64,000 nt of DNA, taken from a bacterium. GTDB lineage: Bacteria > SAR324 > XYD2-FULL-50-16. Shown here piece after piece: positions 1 to 9,799 of this stretch. The stretch is from the NCBI GenBank assembly GCA_032250835.1, contig JAVVEA010000006.1:32001-96000 (forward strand), read 5' to 3'. Position 1 is the stretch's first letter, and every line of letters starts with the position of its first letter. The translations under genes and the position numbers were made by a program. The notes under the pieces are model-generated. The model searched no databases and had not been told where the DNA came from. It worked only from the letters and a program-made list of their open reading frames with translations.

Positions 1-829
1 GGAAATCTCGGTGCTCGATTGAGCCCGTTCCTTGGAGGTATCGCCCTGGCATTTTCAGCGTTACTTCAAGAGTCTGATCGGCGATTCCCTAGGCAGCTAT
101 ATCTGGGGGCGTCGTTTGAGCCGAGCGGCTAGCTTGCTGTTGGAGACCGATTGGGGGATTCTAAAAATCGGCGTAGAGGTCGGCTTTGGGTCTCATGAGG
201 CCTTCACCCGCGCCTTTAAAGTACGGTTCGGACTGACACCCAAAGAGTTCCGCCGCCGACGCCCATCGGTGGTCCTGCAGGAAAAGCCCCGGCTAGAGCC
301 CGAATTACTCCTGCATTTGACCCAGGGAATGCAAAAAGCGCCGACTGTCATCTACGAACCAGCCTTTGAATTGGTCGGGTTTTCCCGGCCCGTCCCCTCG
401 CCCTTTTATGGGGGGCAAAGCTATTGCCAATTACTGCATGAACCCTGGACCGATCTCTTGAATCGTCAGGGGGAAGTAAAGCAGCGTTGGCCTGGTTGTT
501 ATGCGGGTCTATTGCTGAGTCCCTCAGGGGACTTTACAGAGGAGACAATTGAGTATCTGGCCGCAGTACCGCGTAAAGACGAGGACTCGCTGCCTCAGGG
601 GATGCGCGGCATTCGGTTCGAGGCGCAATGGGTGGCTCGGTTCGACGTTTTTGCGGGAGTCGAAGACCATTTGGCTAAGACGGTTGACTACATATACGGA
701 TATTGGCTGCCTCGCTCAGGTTACCAGAGAGGGCCAGGAAGTGACTATGAATGGTTTGAAGGGGTGAGCGATTTCACTGCGCCGGGCTTGAAATCTCAAT
801 ATGTGGTGCCTCTGCTCCCCAAAGATTGA
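1..829 (+). pseudogene. AraC-family transcriptional regulator with C-terminal GyrI-like domain; 5' end outside window, in-frame TGA at 20-22
   Basis: HTH_AraC motifs (SPWHFQRYFK; VGFGSHEAFTRAFKVRFGLTPKEFR) and GyrI-like C-terminus (YIYGYWLPRSGY). The frame upstream of 32 reads EISVLD*ARSLEVSPW, so the stop falls inside the first HTH. Confidence 0.6.
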
Positions 830-922
830 GCTGTTTACGGTTCCATTCAAATCGTTAACTGGCGGTCTGGGCAGATGCCTTTTTATAAAGTGAGCGCGGC
901 TGGCGGCCCCAAACAGTCCCCC

Positions 923-1264
923 CTAAACCACCTCCAAATGATCGATCAGTAATTCCTGCCCGGCTAGCAACTGGCCAGGGCCGCCGCATTGGGGGCATTG
1001 GAGGAAGAGGCCGCCCTCGGGGCGGAAGGGTTGGGCGCATTCTAGGCAGCGGGCCTGGGCCTCGATCCAGACCAACTCCAACTCGGCCCCGGCGGCCATG
1101 CTGTCGATGCGGGCGGCTTCGAAGGCAAATTCTAGGGCCTCTAAGCTGACGCCCGAACGCTCGCCGATCTTTAAGTTGATTTTTAGGATTTGACCGGCTC
1201 CGGCGTCTTTGGCGGCCTGTTCGCAGCTTTCAATGACGCCGGTGATGATCGAGAGTTCGTGCAT
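923..1264 (-). CDS. hypA: Hydrogenase maturation nickel metallochaperone HypA
   Basis: N-terminal MHELSI Ni site; two CxxC motifs (CLEC, CPQC); 113 aa. Confidence 0.95.
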   Translation of the reverse strand: MHELSIITGVIESCEQAAKDAGAGQILKINLKIGERSGVSLEALEFAFEAARIDSMAAGAELELVWIEAQARCLECAQPFRPEGGLFLQCPQCGGPGQLLAGQELLIDHLEVV

Positions 1265-1267
1265 CGG

Positions 1268-1843
1268 TTATAAGATGCCTGCCAGCAGCAGCAAACCAGC
1301 GGTGGCGCTGGCACCGCCGTAAATTTTCTCGGCCCGGCTTGGGGCGGTTGCACTCCATTTACCCAAGGCCACGCCGCCCAGGTGTAGGGCCAAGCTAGCG
1401 GCCAACATGCCGACCAAATAACTCCCCCAAGCCCCGCTCACTTCAGCTCCGTGGGCCATTCCATGCAGCCAAGCCGTTGCCGCGATCAGGGCGTACAAGG
1501 GGAATGCGGCCAACTGCCGTCCCCAAACCAACAACAGGCCCAGCAAAACCAAGCTGCCCGCAACGGCTCCTTCTAGGCCTGCCCAAGGGCCGCCAAAAAT
1601 CCCGAAGACCGCGCCCAAAGCCAGCATAGCCACAAACAAAAGGGGCAGCGACCAGCGCACCGGTGGTTGGGCCCGGACCGCTAAAATCCCAACGGTGAGC
1701 ATGGCCAATAAATGGTCCCAACCCAAGAAGGGGTGGGCCAAACCGGCGGTTAATCCTAAGGTGGAATGCCCCATATGGGCAAAAGCCGGGGTGGCGATCC
1801 AGGCAAAAGCCAGGGTAGAGAGCAGGGTGATTTTGCGGTTCAT
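1268..1843 (-). CDS. hupE: HupE/UreJ family nickel transporter
   Basis: Signal peptide ending AFAH; GLAHPFLGWDHLLAML and LHGMAHGAE motifs; hydrophobic. Start placed at ATG 1843. Confidence 0.9.
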   Translation of the reverse strand: MNRKITLLSTLAFAWIATPAFAHMGHSTLGLTAGLAHPFLGWDHLLAMLTVGILAVRAQPPVRWSLPLLFVAMLALGAVFGIFGGPWAGLEGAVAGSLVLLGLLLVWGRQLAAFPLYALIAATAWLHGMAHGAEVSGAWGSYLVGMLAASLALHLGGVALGKWSATAPSRAEKIYGGASATAGLLLLAGIL

Positions 1844-2049
1844 GGCAAAGACTCCGAAAAAAAGTTGTGTTGCTTTGTTTCTATCAGCACCGGGGCCAAG
1901 GGCCAATACTTTTTTCGGCCCTTTGGTTTGAGTCCTTTCCCCCTTTGGGTTGTGCCCATAGCTACTAAGTCCGCAGGGCCCGCAGAGGAACTCTTTCCCT
2001 GATCACTTACATGTGGTAGCCTGAAACCGAACCCTGTTGGGAGTCCCCT

Positions 2050-4338
2050 ATGCTCGCGGCCGTGCTTTCTTGCTATCTGCTGGCGCTACTGCAACCGATC
2101 TTCCACCCCTTCGACCGCCGCCGGGTCGGGTGGTTGATCGGTCTGTTGCCCATGATCTTAACCCTTCAGTTCTGGGGCCTTAGTGAAGAAGTGGGCCTGA
2201 ACCCGCTGGTCGAAAGTTATGCTTGGGTTCCCTTTTTGGGGCTAGAGGCCAGCTTCCTGCTCGACGGGCTTTCGGCTACCTTGGCCTTGATGGTCTTGGG
2301 GATCGGTGCCGGGGTGATGGTCTACTCTGGGGGCTATTTAGAGGATCACCCGGATCTGGACCGGTTTTTTTCTTACATGCTGGTCTTTATGGGCAGCATG
2401 CTGGGCTTGGTGCTGGCGGGCAATCTGCTGTTGATCTATGTCTTTTGGGAACTGACTTCCTTTTCCAGTTTCTTGCTGATCGGCTTTCACCACGAGCGCC
2501 CCGGTGCCCGTGGAGCCGCCCAGAGGGCCTTGGTAGTGACCGTTACCGGGGGCTTGATGTTGCTCGCTGGGTTGATCCTGATCGGCCAAGCGGCGGGGAC
2601 CTACGAACTGGTCGAAATCCTGGCTCATCCCGAAGTCATCGCCAACAGCCCCTACTTTGAAGCGATTTTGGTGCTGGTGGCCTTAGGCTGTTTCACCAAA
2701 TCGGCCCAGGTGCCCTTCCATTTCTGGCTCCCCGGTGCCATGGCCGCCCCCACTCCGGTCAGCGCCTACTTACACTCGGCCACCATGGTCAACGCAGGCA
2801 TCTATCTATTGGCCCGCTTACACCCCCTTTTGGGTGGCTCGGACCTTTGGTTTTATCTTCTCGGCGTGACCGGTTTGGCCAGCATGCTGATCGGTGCGGT
2901 GACTGCGCTGATGCAAGAAGACCTAAAGCTGGTGCTGGCCTATAGCAGCATCAGCGTCTTGGGGGTGTTGGTGATGTTGCTGGGCATCGGCACCGAGATG
3001 GCGCTGAAAGCCATGTTGGTGCTCTTGGTGGGTCATGGGCTTTATAAGTCGGCGCTCTTTTTGGTGGCCGGGATCGTGGACCATGTAATGGGTACCCGCG
3101 AGGTGCGGCGGTTGCAAGGGCTTTCGAAGATAATGCCGATCACGGCGCTGGCCGCCGGTTTGGCTGCCTTCTCTAATGCAGGCATCCCGCCGATGTTTGG
3201 CTTTGTGGGAAAGGAACTGCTTTATGAGGCGGGCTTGGCGCATAGCGGTTGGTATTATGTGATTCTGCCGGTCTCGATGCTGTCTTCTATGTTCCTTTTC
3301 GCCACCGCTTGGCTGGTGGGCGTGCATCCCTTTTGGAGCCAAGGTCCCAAACACCCAAAGACCCTGGGCGAACCGCCTCTTTCGATGTGGCTAGGGCCCA
3401 CAGTCTTTGCCTTGGCTGGGTTGTTTTTCGGGATCTTTCCGGGGCACCTGACCCAGAGGCTGTTGGAGCCAGCGGTACAGGCTGTTTTCGCCCAGCCGGT
3501 GCAGGTGGAACTGGAGCTTTGGCATGGCCTTACGCCGACGCTCTTTTTTAGCATCTTGACGGTAGTGGGCGGCTTTTTATTCTTTTTGGGTAGAGACCGG
3601 CTGCAGTTGCGCAGTTTTGCCCTGCGACCCCTGGCCCAGTTGAGCCCCCTGCGGCTCTACCATAGCAGTCTAGAGGGACTGCAAAGGATGGCCACAATAG
3701 AGACCCGGTTCCTGCAAAACGGCTATTTGCGGTTTTATTTGATTGTGATCTTTGGCTCGGTGGCGCTGCTGCAATTGGTGGGCTGGGCCTATTCGGGGTG
3801 GGTTTTTCCGCTGGAATGGGAAGCACCCGATCTGGCCGAGTTGGCGGCGCTAGCCTTGATATTTGGGGGCACCTTGGCGGCGCTGAAAGTACGCAGCTTT
3901 TTGCGGGGAATCTTTTCGGTCGGGGTGGTGGGCCTAGGGGTGGTGCTGTTTTTTGCGCTGCATTCGGCACCGGATTTGGCGATGACTCAGGTTTTAGTGG
4001 AGACCCTTTCCTTGGTGCTGGTGGTCTTGATGCTCACCAAACTGCCCCACTACCTCAAGCGCAGCAGCCGTTGGGTTTATCTGCGCGACGGCGCGGTGTC
4101 GATTCTCTTTGGGGCGTCGATCAGCCTAGGGTTGCTGCTGAGCCCGGCCTTTGAAGGGGCCCGTGTGTCGCTGTGGCATAAGGCCTTGGCGTTGAGCGCT
4201 GGGCACGGGGGCAACATCGTCAATGTGATCTTAGTGGACTTTAGGGCCTTGGATACGCTCGGTGAGATCAGTGTGCTTGCGGCGGCGGGGATCGGTGTCT
4301 ATAGCCTCTTCAACCTGAAAAGGGGGCGGACACCATGA
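2050..4338 (+). CDS. mrpA: Na+/H+ antiporter subunit A
   Basis: NuoL/MrpA motifs (FWELTS, KSAQVPFHFWLPGAMAAPTPVSAYLHSATMV, VNVILVDFRALDTLGE); first gene of an overlapping operon. Confidence 0.95.
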   Translation: MLAAVLSCYLLALLQPIFHPFDRRRVGWLIGLLPMILTLQFWGLSEEVGLNPLVESYAWVPFLGLEASFLLDGLSATLALMVLGIGAGVMVYSGGYLEDHPDLDRFFSYMLVFMGSMLGLVLAGNLLLIYVFWELTSFSSFLLIGFHHERPGARGAAQRALVVTVTGGLMLLAGLILIGQAAGTYELVEILAHPEVIANSPYFEAILVLVALGCFTKSAQVPFHFWLPGAMAAPTPVSAYLHSATMVNAGIYLLARLHPLLGGSDLWFYLLGVTGLASMLIGAVTALMQEDLKLVLAYSSISVLGVLVMLLGIGTEMALKAMLVLLVGHGLYKSALFLVAGIVDHVMGTREVRRLQGLSKIMPITALAAGLAAFSNAGIPPMFGFVGKELLYEAGLAHSGWYYVILPVSMLSSMFLFATAWLVGVHPFWSQGPKHPKTLGEPPLSMWLGPTVFALAGLFFGIFPGHLTQRLLEPAVQAVFAQPVQVELELWHGLTPTLFFSILTVVGGFLFFLGRDRLQLRSFALRPLAQLSPLRLYHSSLEGLQRMATIETRFLQNGYLRFYLIVIFGSVALLQLVGWAYSGWVFPLEWEAPDLAELAALALIFGGTLAALKVRSFLRGIFSVGVVGLGVVLFFALHSAPDLAMTQVLVETLSLVLVVLMLTKLPHYLKRSSRWVYLRDGAVSILFGASISLGLLLSPAFEGARVSLWHKALALSAGHGGNIVNVILVDFRALDTLGEISVLAAAGIGVYSLFNLKRGRTP

Positions 4339-4760
4339 ACCTGAACCTACTGAAAACTGGGGCTAAGTTACTGTTGCCGATCTTTGTTGTGATGGCCCTG
4401 TGGCTGCTGTTGCGCGGGCACAATGCACCCGGTGGGGGCTTCATTGCTGCGCTGGTCTTCATCACCGGTTATGGACTTTATCTGTTTGCTTACGGCGTTG
4501 AAGCCTCCCGGCGCATCCTGCCTTTTGACCCGCGCAGCCTGATTGGGGTGGGGTTGTTGACGGCGCTTTTTTCGGCCGCTTGGCCGGTGGTCTGGCGGCA
4601 GCCTTTTTTTCAGGGGATGTGGTGGTCTTGGGACCTGCCCGGATGGGGGCCTTTGATGCTGGGCACACCGGTCTTGTTTGATCTGGGCGTTTTCCTGGTG
4701 GTCAGTGGGGCCTTGATGATCATCTTGACTAGCTTCGAGGAGAGCCGATGGAACTCCTAA
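4335..4760 (+). CDS. mrpB: Na+/H+ antiporter subunit B
   Basis: LRGHNAPGGGFIAAL and LFDLGVFLVV motifs. Confidence 0.95.
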   Translation: MNLNLLKTGAKLLLPIFVVMALWLLLRGHNAPGGGFIAALVFITGYGLYLFAYGVEASRRILPFDPRSLIGVGLLTALFSAAWPVVWRQPFFQGMWWSWDLPGWGPLMLGTPVLFDLGVFLVVSGALMIILTSFEESRWNS

Positions 4761-5083
4761 GCATTTTGGCTCTAGGCGGGCTATTCGCCGCCGGGGCATA
4801 CCTGATGCTGCGCCACAGCATTGTTAAATTGATTTTGGGCACCATCTTACTGACCCATGGCGGCAACCTCTTGCTGCTGCTTTCGGGCGGCTTGGTCGAG
4901 GGGCAACCGCCCCTGGGTGAGGCGGGCATGGCCGCCGCTACGGACCCGCTGCCCCAGGCGCTGATATTGACGGCCATTGTGATCAACTTCGGGATATTGG
5001 CCTTTTTCCTGGTCCTGGTCTTCCGCGCCTACCAGACCAACGACGCCAAGGACCTAGACGAACTCCACGGAGGGGATCGATGA
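4748..5083 (+). CDS. mrpC: Na+/H+ antiporter subunit C
   Basis: DPLPQALILTAIVI motif; three TM segments. Confidence 0.95.
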   Translation: MELLSILALGGLFAAGAYLMLRHSIVKLILGTILLTHGGNLLLLLSGGLVEGQPPLGEAGMAAATDPLPQALILTAIVINFGILAFFLVLVFRAYQTNDAKDLDELHGGDR

Positions 5084-6567
5084 GATTCTTGGTGCTGATG
5101 CCTCTTTTGTTGCCTCTGTTGGTGGCTACCTTGTCGCTGTTGCCGAGGCAGTGGCGTCTAGACCGCGAGCTGTTGGCCTTAGTCGGCAGCGCGGGGCACT
5201 TCGGGGCGGGGCTTTATTTCTTCTTCTTGGTGCGCGCCGAGGGGATCTTGGTGGTCGATGTGGGCGGTTGGCCTGCGCCTTATGGGATTGTTTTGGTCTT
5301 TGACCTGCTTTCGGTCACTTTGCTGGCGACCGCCGGGTTTTTGGGTTTCTGCGTGGCGCTCTATTCGCTGGGCAGCGTAGACCCCGAGCGCCAGTCCTTT
5401 GGTTATTTCCCGGTTTTTCATCTGCTTTTGATGGGAGTCTCCGGCGCTTTTTTAGCCGGAGACCTGTTTAATCTTTTTGTCTGGTTTGAGGTGATTTTAA
5501 TCGCCAGCTTTGTGTTGCTTACTTTAGGCGGCGAGCGCGCGCAGATCGTGGCGGGGGTCAAGTATGTGGCGATCAACATGGTGGCCAGTACGCTTTTCCT
5601 GGCGGCTATCGGCTTGCTCTACCGCATGACCGGTAGCCTCAATTTAGCGGACCTGCATTTGCGGGTGCAGGAGTTAGAAGACCCAAGGGGGTTGGTTTTT
5701 TGCGCTCTGCTCTTTTTGGTGGCCTTCGGGATTAAGGCGGCAGTTTTCCCCTTCTTTTTCTGGCTGCCTGAATCGTACCCCACCCCGCCCGCAGCGGTGG
5801 GGGCCATTTTTGCGGGATTACTGACCAAGGTAGGGGTTTACGCCATGCTTCGGCTATTTACCCTGCTCTTCTTTGACCTGCGGGACCTGCTGCAGCCGAT
5901 CTTCCTGGGAATCGCCATCACCACCATGGTGGTGGGGGTTTTAGGCGCATGGTCCCAAAAGGATATGCGGCGTATCTTGAGCTTTCATATCGTTAGCCAG
6001 ATTGGTTATATGATGATCGGCCTCGCCCTTTGGGTGCCGTTGGCCCTGGCCGGGGCGGTGTTTTTTATGCTGCACAACATCTTTGCCAAGACCAATCTCT
6101 TTTTGATCAGCGGCGTGATCGGGCGGCTGTCGGGCAGTTACGACCTGCGGAATTTAGGTGGCCTGTACCACAGCTTCTTCTTGTTGGGGATGCTCTTTTT
6201 GGTGCCCGCATTAGCTCTGGCCGGGGTGCCCCCGCTTTCTGGGTTCTTCGGCAAGCTGGCTTTGATCCGCTCAAGTATCGAAGAGGGGGCTTATAGTTTG
6301 GCCGCGGTGGCCATGGCGGTTAGCGTGATCACTTTACTCTCGATGCTAAAAATTTGGCATTTTGCCTTTTGGCAGCCTGCGCCCAGCGGTGAAGCGCCGA
6401 ACAAAACCGAAGTCCGCCTATTGGTGCCGATCCTGCTGTTGGCCACCGCTACCTTAACGATGGGGTTGGCGGCCCAGGTCTTTTTGCAGCTCTGCGGCGA
6501 GATCGCCCAGCAGCTACTACACCCTGAACCTTATATCCAGGCTGTTTTAGGCCGGGGGGTAAGATGA
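5080..6567 (+). CDS. mrpD: Na+/H+ antiporter subunit D
   Basis: GDLFNLFVWFEV, WLPESYP and LLTKVGVYA motifs. Confidence 0.95.
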   Translation: MRFLVLMPLLLPLLVATLSLLPRQWRLDRELLALVGSAGHFGAGLYFFFLVRAEGILVVDVGGWPAPYGIVLVFDLLSVTLLATAGFLGFCVALYSLGSVDPERQSFGYFPVFHLLLMGVSGAFLAGDLFNLFVWFEVILIASFVLLTLGGERAQIVAGVKYVAINMVASTLFLAAIGLLYRMTGSLNLADLHLRVQELEDPRGLVFCALLFLVAFGIKAAVFPFFFWLPESYPTPPAAVGAIFAGLLTKVGVYAMLRLFTLLFFDLRDLLQPIFLGIAITTMVVGVLGAWSQKDMRRILSFHIVSQIGYMMIGLALWVPLALAGAVFFMLHNIFAKTNLFLISGVIGRLSGSYDLRNLGGLYHSFFLLGMLFLVPALALAGVPPLSGFFGKLALIRSSIEEGAYSLAAVAMAVSVITLLSMLKIWHFAFWQPAPSGEAPNKTEVRLLVPILLLATATLTMGLAAQVFLQLCGEIAQQLLHPEPYIQAVLGRGVR

Positions 6568-6923
6568 ACCGCTGGTTTGGCCGCCTCAATAAACTGATCG
6601 GGAAGCTCTATCTGCTGATCGGCTTCAGTTTTACTTTTGCTTGGTTTTTGTTTCGATCCAATCTGGTGGTGCTGCGCGCCATCATCGAACCCGAGGGGCG
6701 GTTGCGCCCCGCTCTTTTGGCCTACCCTTTAACCGCCACCGGGGAATGGGAAATTTTTACGCTCGCCCATTTAATCACCCTCAGCCCCGGCACCTTAAGC
6801 GTACGCCACGACAAAGACGCCCGGATTCTGTGGGTCCATGCGCTCTATTGTCATGAGCCCCGCGAATTGTTGGGCGAAATCACCCAAGGCTTGGAACGCC
6901 CCATCATGGAGTTGTTCTCATGA
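6564..6923 (+). CDS. mrpE: Na+/H+ antiporter subunit E
   Basis: LAHLITLSPGTLS motif; operon position. Confidence 0.9.
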   Translation: MNRWFGRLNKLIGKLYLLIGFSFTFAWFLFRSNLVVLRAIIEPEGRLRPALLAYPLTATGEWEIFTLAHLITLSPGTLSVRHDKDARILWVHALYCHEPRELLGEITQGLERPIMELFS

Positions 6924-7264
6924 ACTCAGCCCAATGGATTCACCTATTGTTAAATCTTTCGGTTGCCCTACTAGCCTTGGGCACCCTGCCCACCTTGGCT
7001 CGGCTGGCCAAGGGCCCCTCGCTGGCAGACCGGATGGTGGCTTCGAGTCAGTTGGGAACCCTGCTGGTCGCCGCCTTGGGGGCCGGGGCGTTAATCGATG
7101 GGGCGGCGCTCTTTGTGGACTTGGCCTTGGTGGCTGCCTTGACTGGGTTTTTGTCCACTTTGGCTTTTGGGCTCTATCTGGGCCGCGCCAGCGAAGACCA
7201 AGCCCAACGGGAGGCCTTGGGCCAGCAGCAAGACCCAACCCAGGGACCTGAGGAGGATTTATGA
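6920..7264 (+). CDS. mrpF: Na+/H+ antiporter subunit F
   Basis: RLAKGPSLADRMVA motif; operon position. Confidence 0.9.
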   Translation: MNSAQWIHLLLNLSVALLALGTLPTLARLAKGPSLADRMVASSQLGTLLVAALGAGALIDGAALFVDLALVAALTGFLSTLAFGLYLGRASEDQAQREALGQQQDPTQGPEEDL

Positions 7265-7632
7265 ATCCAACCTGGGTCGATATTTTGGGTGCTGGGTGCC
7301 TACTTTTCGGGGCACTGTTGATCGCCGGGTCGGGCTGGGGGTTGTACCGGTTTGAAGACCTTTACCAGCGCATCCACGCCAGTGGACTGGCCACTAGTTT
7401 AGGGACCCTGTCCTTCTTTTTGGGGATTTCGCTGTTACACGGCGGTCTGGGACTTTGGCTGACTTCGGCGGCGGTGGTTTTGCTCAGTTTTTTGACCGGC
7501 CCTTTGGCTTCACATTTTATCGCCATGGCAGGCTATGAAAACGGTGTTCCTCATGTACGTGAAACCTTGGTGGATGGCCCGGTAGGGGATTTCCATCCAG
7601 ACGTTTCCGCAGAGGAGATTACCGAAAGCTAA
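7261..7632 (+). CDS. mrpG: Na+/H+ antiporter subunit G
   Basis: GLYRFEDLYQRIHA and LTGPLASH motifs. Confidence 0.9.
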   Translation: MNPTWVDILGAGCLLFGALLIAGSGWGLYRFEDLYQRIHASGLATSLGTLSFFLGISLLHGGLGLWLTSAAVVLLSFLTGPLASHFIAMAGYENGVPHVRETLVDGPVGDFHPDVSAEEITES

Positions 7633-7761
7633 AAGGCCCATTGATGGCCCTTTAGGGACTTTTTTATCGAATTGTTTTTTATAGGTTGCGCATTTTGGGC
7701 ATAAGATCGATAAGCGAATTGTAATTTAACCAATTTGACCCCTTTCCCCTAGAGGAATTAG

Positions 7762-9693
7762 ATGGCAGGAGAAGCTCGCAGCAAAAAGGCCGCCAAGGCT
7801 TTAGGTCCCGTTGATCAGTTAGAAAAGCATTTGCACCCTGACTGGTGGAACCGGATTTTTAATTCCCTTTACTTAAAGACCGACGGCGACGTGGTCGAAG
7901 ATGCGCGGATCACGGACATGGAAGTGGACCGTTTTAGCGAACATCTGGGCTTAAAGGCCGGGGAACAGTTGCTGGATATCTGCTGTGGACAGGGGCGCCA
8001 CGTGTTGGAATGGGCCCACCGGGGTTTTGAGGTTTGCGGCATGGACCGTAGCCGTTATTTGATCCAAAAGGCCAAGAGCCGCGCCAAGGCGAAAAACCTA
8101 AACGTCTCCCTCAAAGAAGGCGACGCCCGCAAACTGCCCTTCACCACCGACCGCTTCGACGCGGTGACTTTGCTGGGCAACAGCTTTGGCTATTTTGAGT
8201 CCGCCTCTGAGGATTTATTGGTATTGCAAGAAGTCAAGCGGGTGCTTAAGCCCGGTGGACGTTTGCTGCTCGACGTCTCGGACGGTGAATTTTTGCGCCA
8301 AAGCTTTGAGCCCCGCTCTTGGGAATGGATCGATAAAAACCTGTTTGTTTGCCGCGAGCGTAGCATTGCCGGTGATGGCCAGCGTTTGATCAGCCGCGAG
8401 GTGATCACCGACGTAAAAAAGGGCGTCATTGCCGACCAATTTTATGCCGAGCGTCTCTACAGCCAGGCCGAACTGGGTGAATTGTTGGCTGAAGCAGGCT
8501 TTAGCGAAATTGAGTGGCATGGCGAGATGGTCCCCGAGAGCCAGCGCAACCAAGATTTGGGCATGATGAGCCGCCGCTTGGTGGTGACCGCCAAAATGGT
8601 TAAAGAATGGACCCCAGTCCGCCGCCGGTCTGCGGCGACCGCGCGCAAGGTGACCGTATTACTGGGCGACCCGCGTAAGCTGGACATCATCAAACCCGAT
8701 GCGGTCTTTGATGAAGACGACTTTGTGACCCTCAAGCGCCTTAAAGACGCCTTGGCCAACTTGGGCGACTTCCGCTTTAAGTACATTGACGACCATGACA
8801 CCATGATCGCTGAACTCAAGAAATTGAGCGGTAAAGACGAGCTGATTTTTAACCTTTGCGACGAGGGCTTCGGTAACGACCCGCGCCAGGAATTACACGT
8901 CCCGGCGTTGCTGGAATTATTTAATTTGCCCTACACCGGCTCGAACCCGCAGTGCCTGGCTTTTTGTTACGACAAATCGCTGGTCCGTGGTGCGGCCCGA
9001 GAGATGGGCGTGGCGGTGTCGCAGGCCTTTTTTGTGCGGCCCGATGACTCCATCTTCGAGTTGCCCATTGAGTTTCCGGTATTGATCAAGCCCAACTTTG
9101 GCGATTCCAGCTTTGGCATCACCCAAAAAAGCTTGGTTCATAACATGGAAGAGCTAGCTGCCGGTATCGCCCGCATCCGCGATATCCAAGGTTTCGAGAA
9201 GCCCTTTTTGGTGGAGGAGTTTTTGCCCGGTAAGGACATCAGTTTTGGGGTGATTGGCAACGCCGGCGACTTCCGCATCTTGCCGATCATTGAAGAAGAC
9301 TACTCGGGACTGCCCGAGGGATTGCCGCGGATCTGTGGTTATGAAGCTAAATGGCTGCCTGATTCGCCCTACTCCTGCATCCGCTCGATCCCGGCTAACC
9401 TGCCTTTGGATGTGGAAAAGGAAGTGATCGACGGGTCCTTGGCGCTTTTTGAGCGGCTTGAATGCCGCGATTACGCCCGTTTTGACTGGCGCTTGGATAA
9501 ACAGGGGCGCCCTCGGCTCTTGGAGGTGAATCCTAATCCCGGTTGGTGTTGGGACGGCCATTTGGCCAAGATGTCTCATTTGGAAAACATCGACTACTCG
9601 GCCATGTTGGGTTTGATCGTGGAAGCGGCCTTCAAACGCACCGACAGTGTGAGCGCCAAGAACTCGGCTCAGGTGATTGAAAGTCAGGGCTAA
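7762..9693 (+). CDS. Class I SAM methyltransferase fused to a D-Ala-D-Ala-ligase-like ATP-grasp domain
   Basis: N-terminal LLDICCGQGRH (SAM motif I); C-terminal PYTGS, LIKPNFGDSSFGI, LVEEFLPG, DYARFDWR and LEVNPNPG ATP-grasp motifs; RBS GAGGA. Confidence 0.85.
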   Translation: MAGEARSKKAAKALGPVDQLEKHLHPDWWNRIFNSLYLKTDGDVVEDARITDMEVDRFSEHLGLKAGEQLLDICCGQGRHVLEWAHRGFEVCGMDRSRYLIQKAKSRAKAKNLNVSLKEGDARKLPFTTDRFDAVTLLGNSFGYFESASEDLLVLQEVKRVLKPGGRLLLDVSDGEFLRQSFEPRSWEWIDKNLFVCRERSIAGDGQRLISREVITDVKKGVIADQFYAERLYSQAELGELLAEAGFSEIEWHGEMVPESQRNQDLGMMSRRLVVTAKMVKEWTPVRRRSAATARKVTVLLGDPRKLDIIKPDAVFDEDDFVTLKRLKDALANLGDFRFKYIDDHDTMIAELKKLSGKDELIFNLCDEGFGNDPRQELHVPALLELFNLPYTGSNPQCLAFCYDKSLVRGAAREMGVAVSQAFFVRPDDSIFELPIEFPVLIKPNFGDSSFGITQKSLVHNMEELAAGIARIRDIQGFEKPFLVEEFLPGKDISFGVIGNAGDFRILPIIEEDYSGLPEGLPRICGYEAKWLPDSPYSCIRSIPANLPLDVEKEVIDGSLALFERLECRDYARFDWRLDKQGRPRLLEVNPNPGWCWDGHLAKMSHLENIDYSAMLGLIVEAAFKRTDSVSAKNSAQVIESQG

Positions 9694-9799
9694 CCTTTTC
9701 GATTGGTTGCCGATTTATTGCGGGGCATGGTAGGCTCTTTCGAGCAGTCCGGTAAGGCAAACGGCCCGAACCGGACGGCTCTAATGAGGACCCAAACTT

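Noticed and set aside
20-22. TGA as selenocysteine or a recoded stop
   Set aside because: The position is a hydrophobic HTH residue rather than a Cys site, and TGA terminates many genes in this window.
2050-7632. Mrp-like genes as the membrane arm of an energy-converting hydrogenase, given the adjacent hypA
   Set aside because: The set is a complete mrpA-G operon with no NiFe catalytic or Fe-S subunits.
9750-9785. c-di-GMP-I riboswitch suggested by GGCAAAC
   Set aside because: The GAAA tetraloop stem, GACGCAAAGC and the second hairpin are missing.
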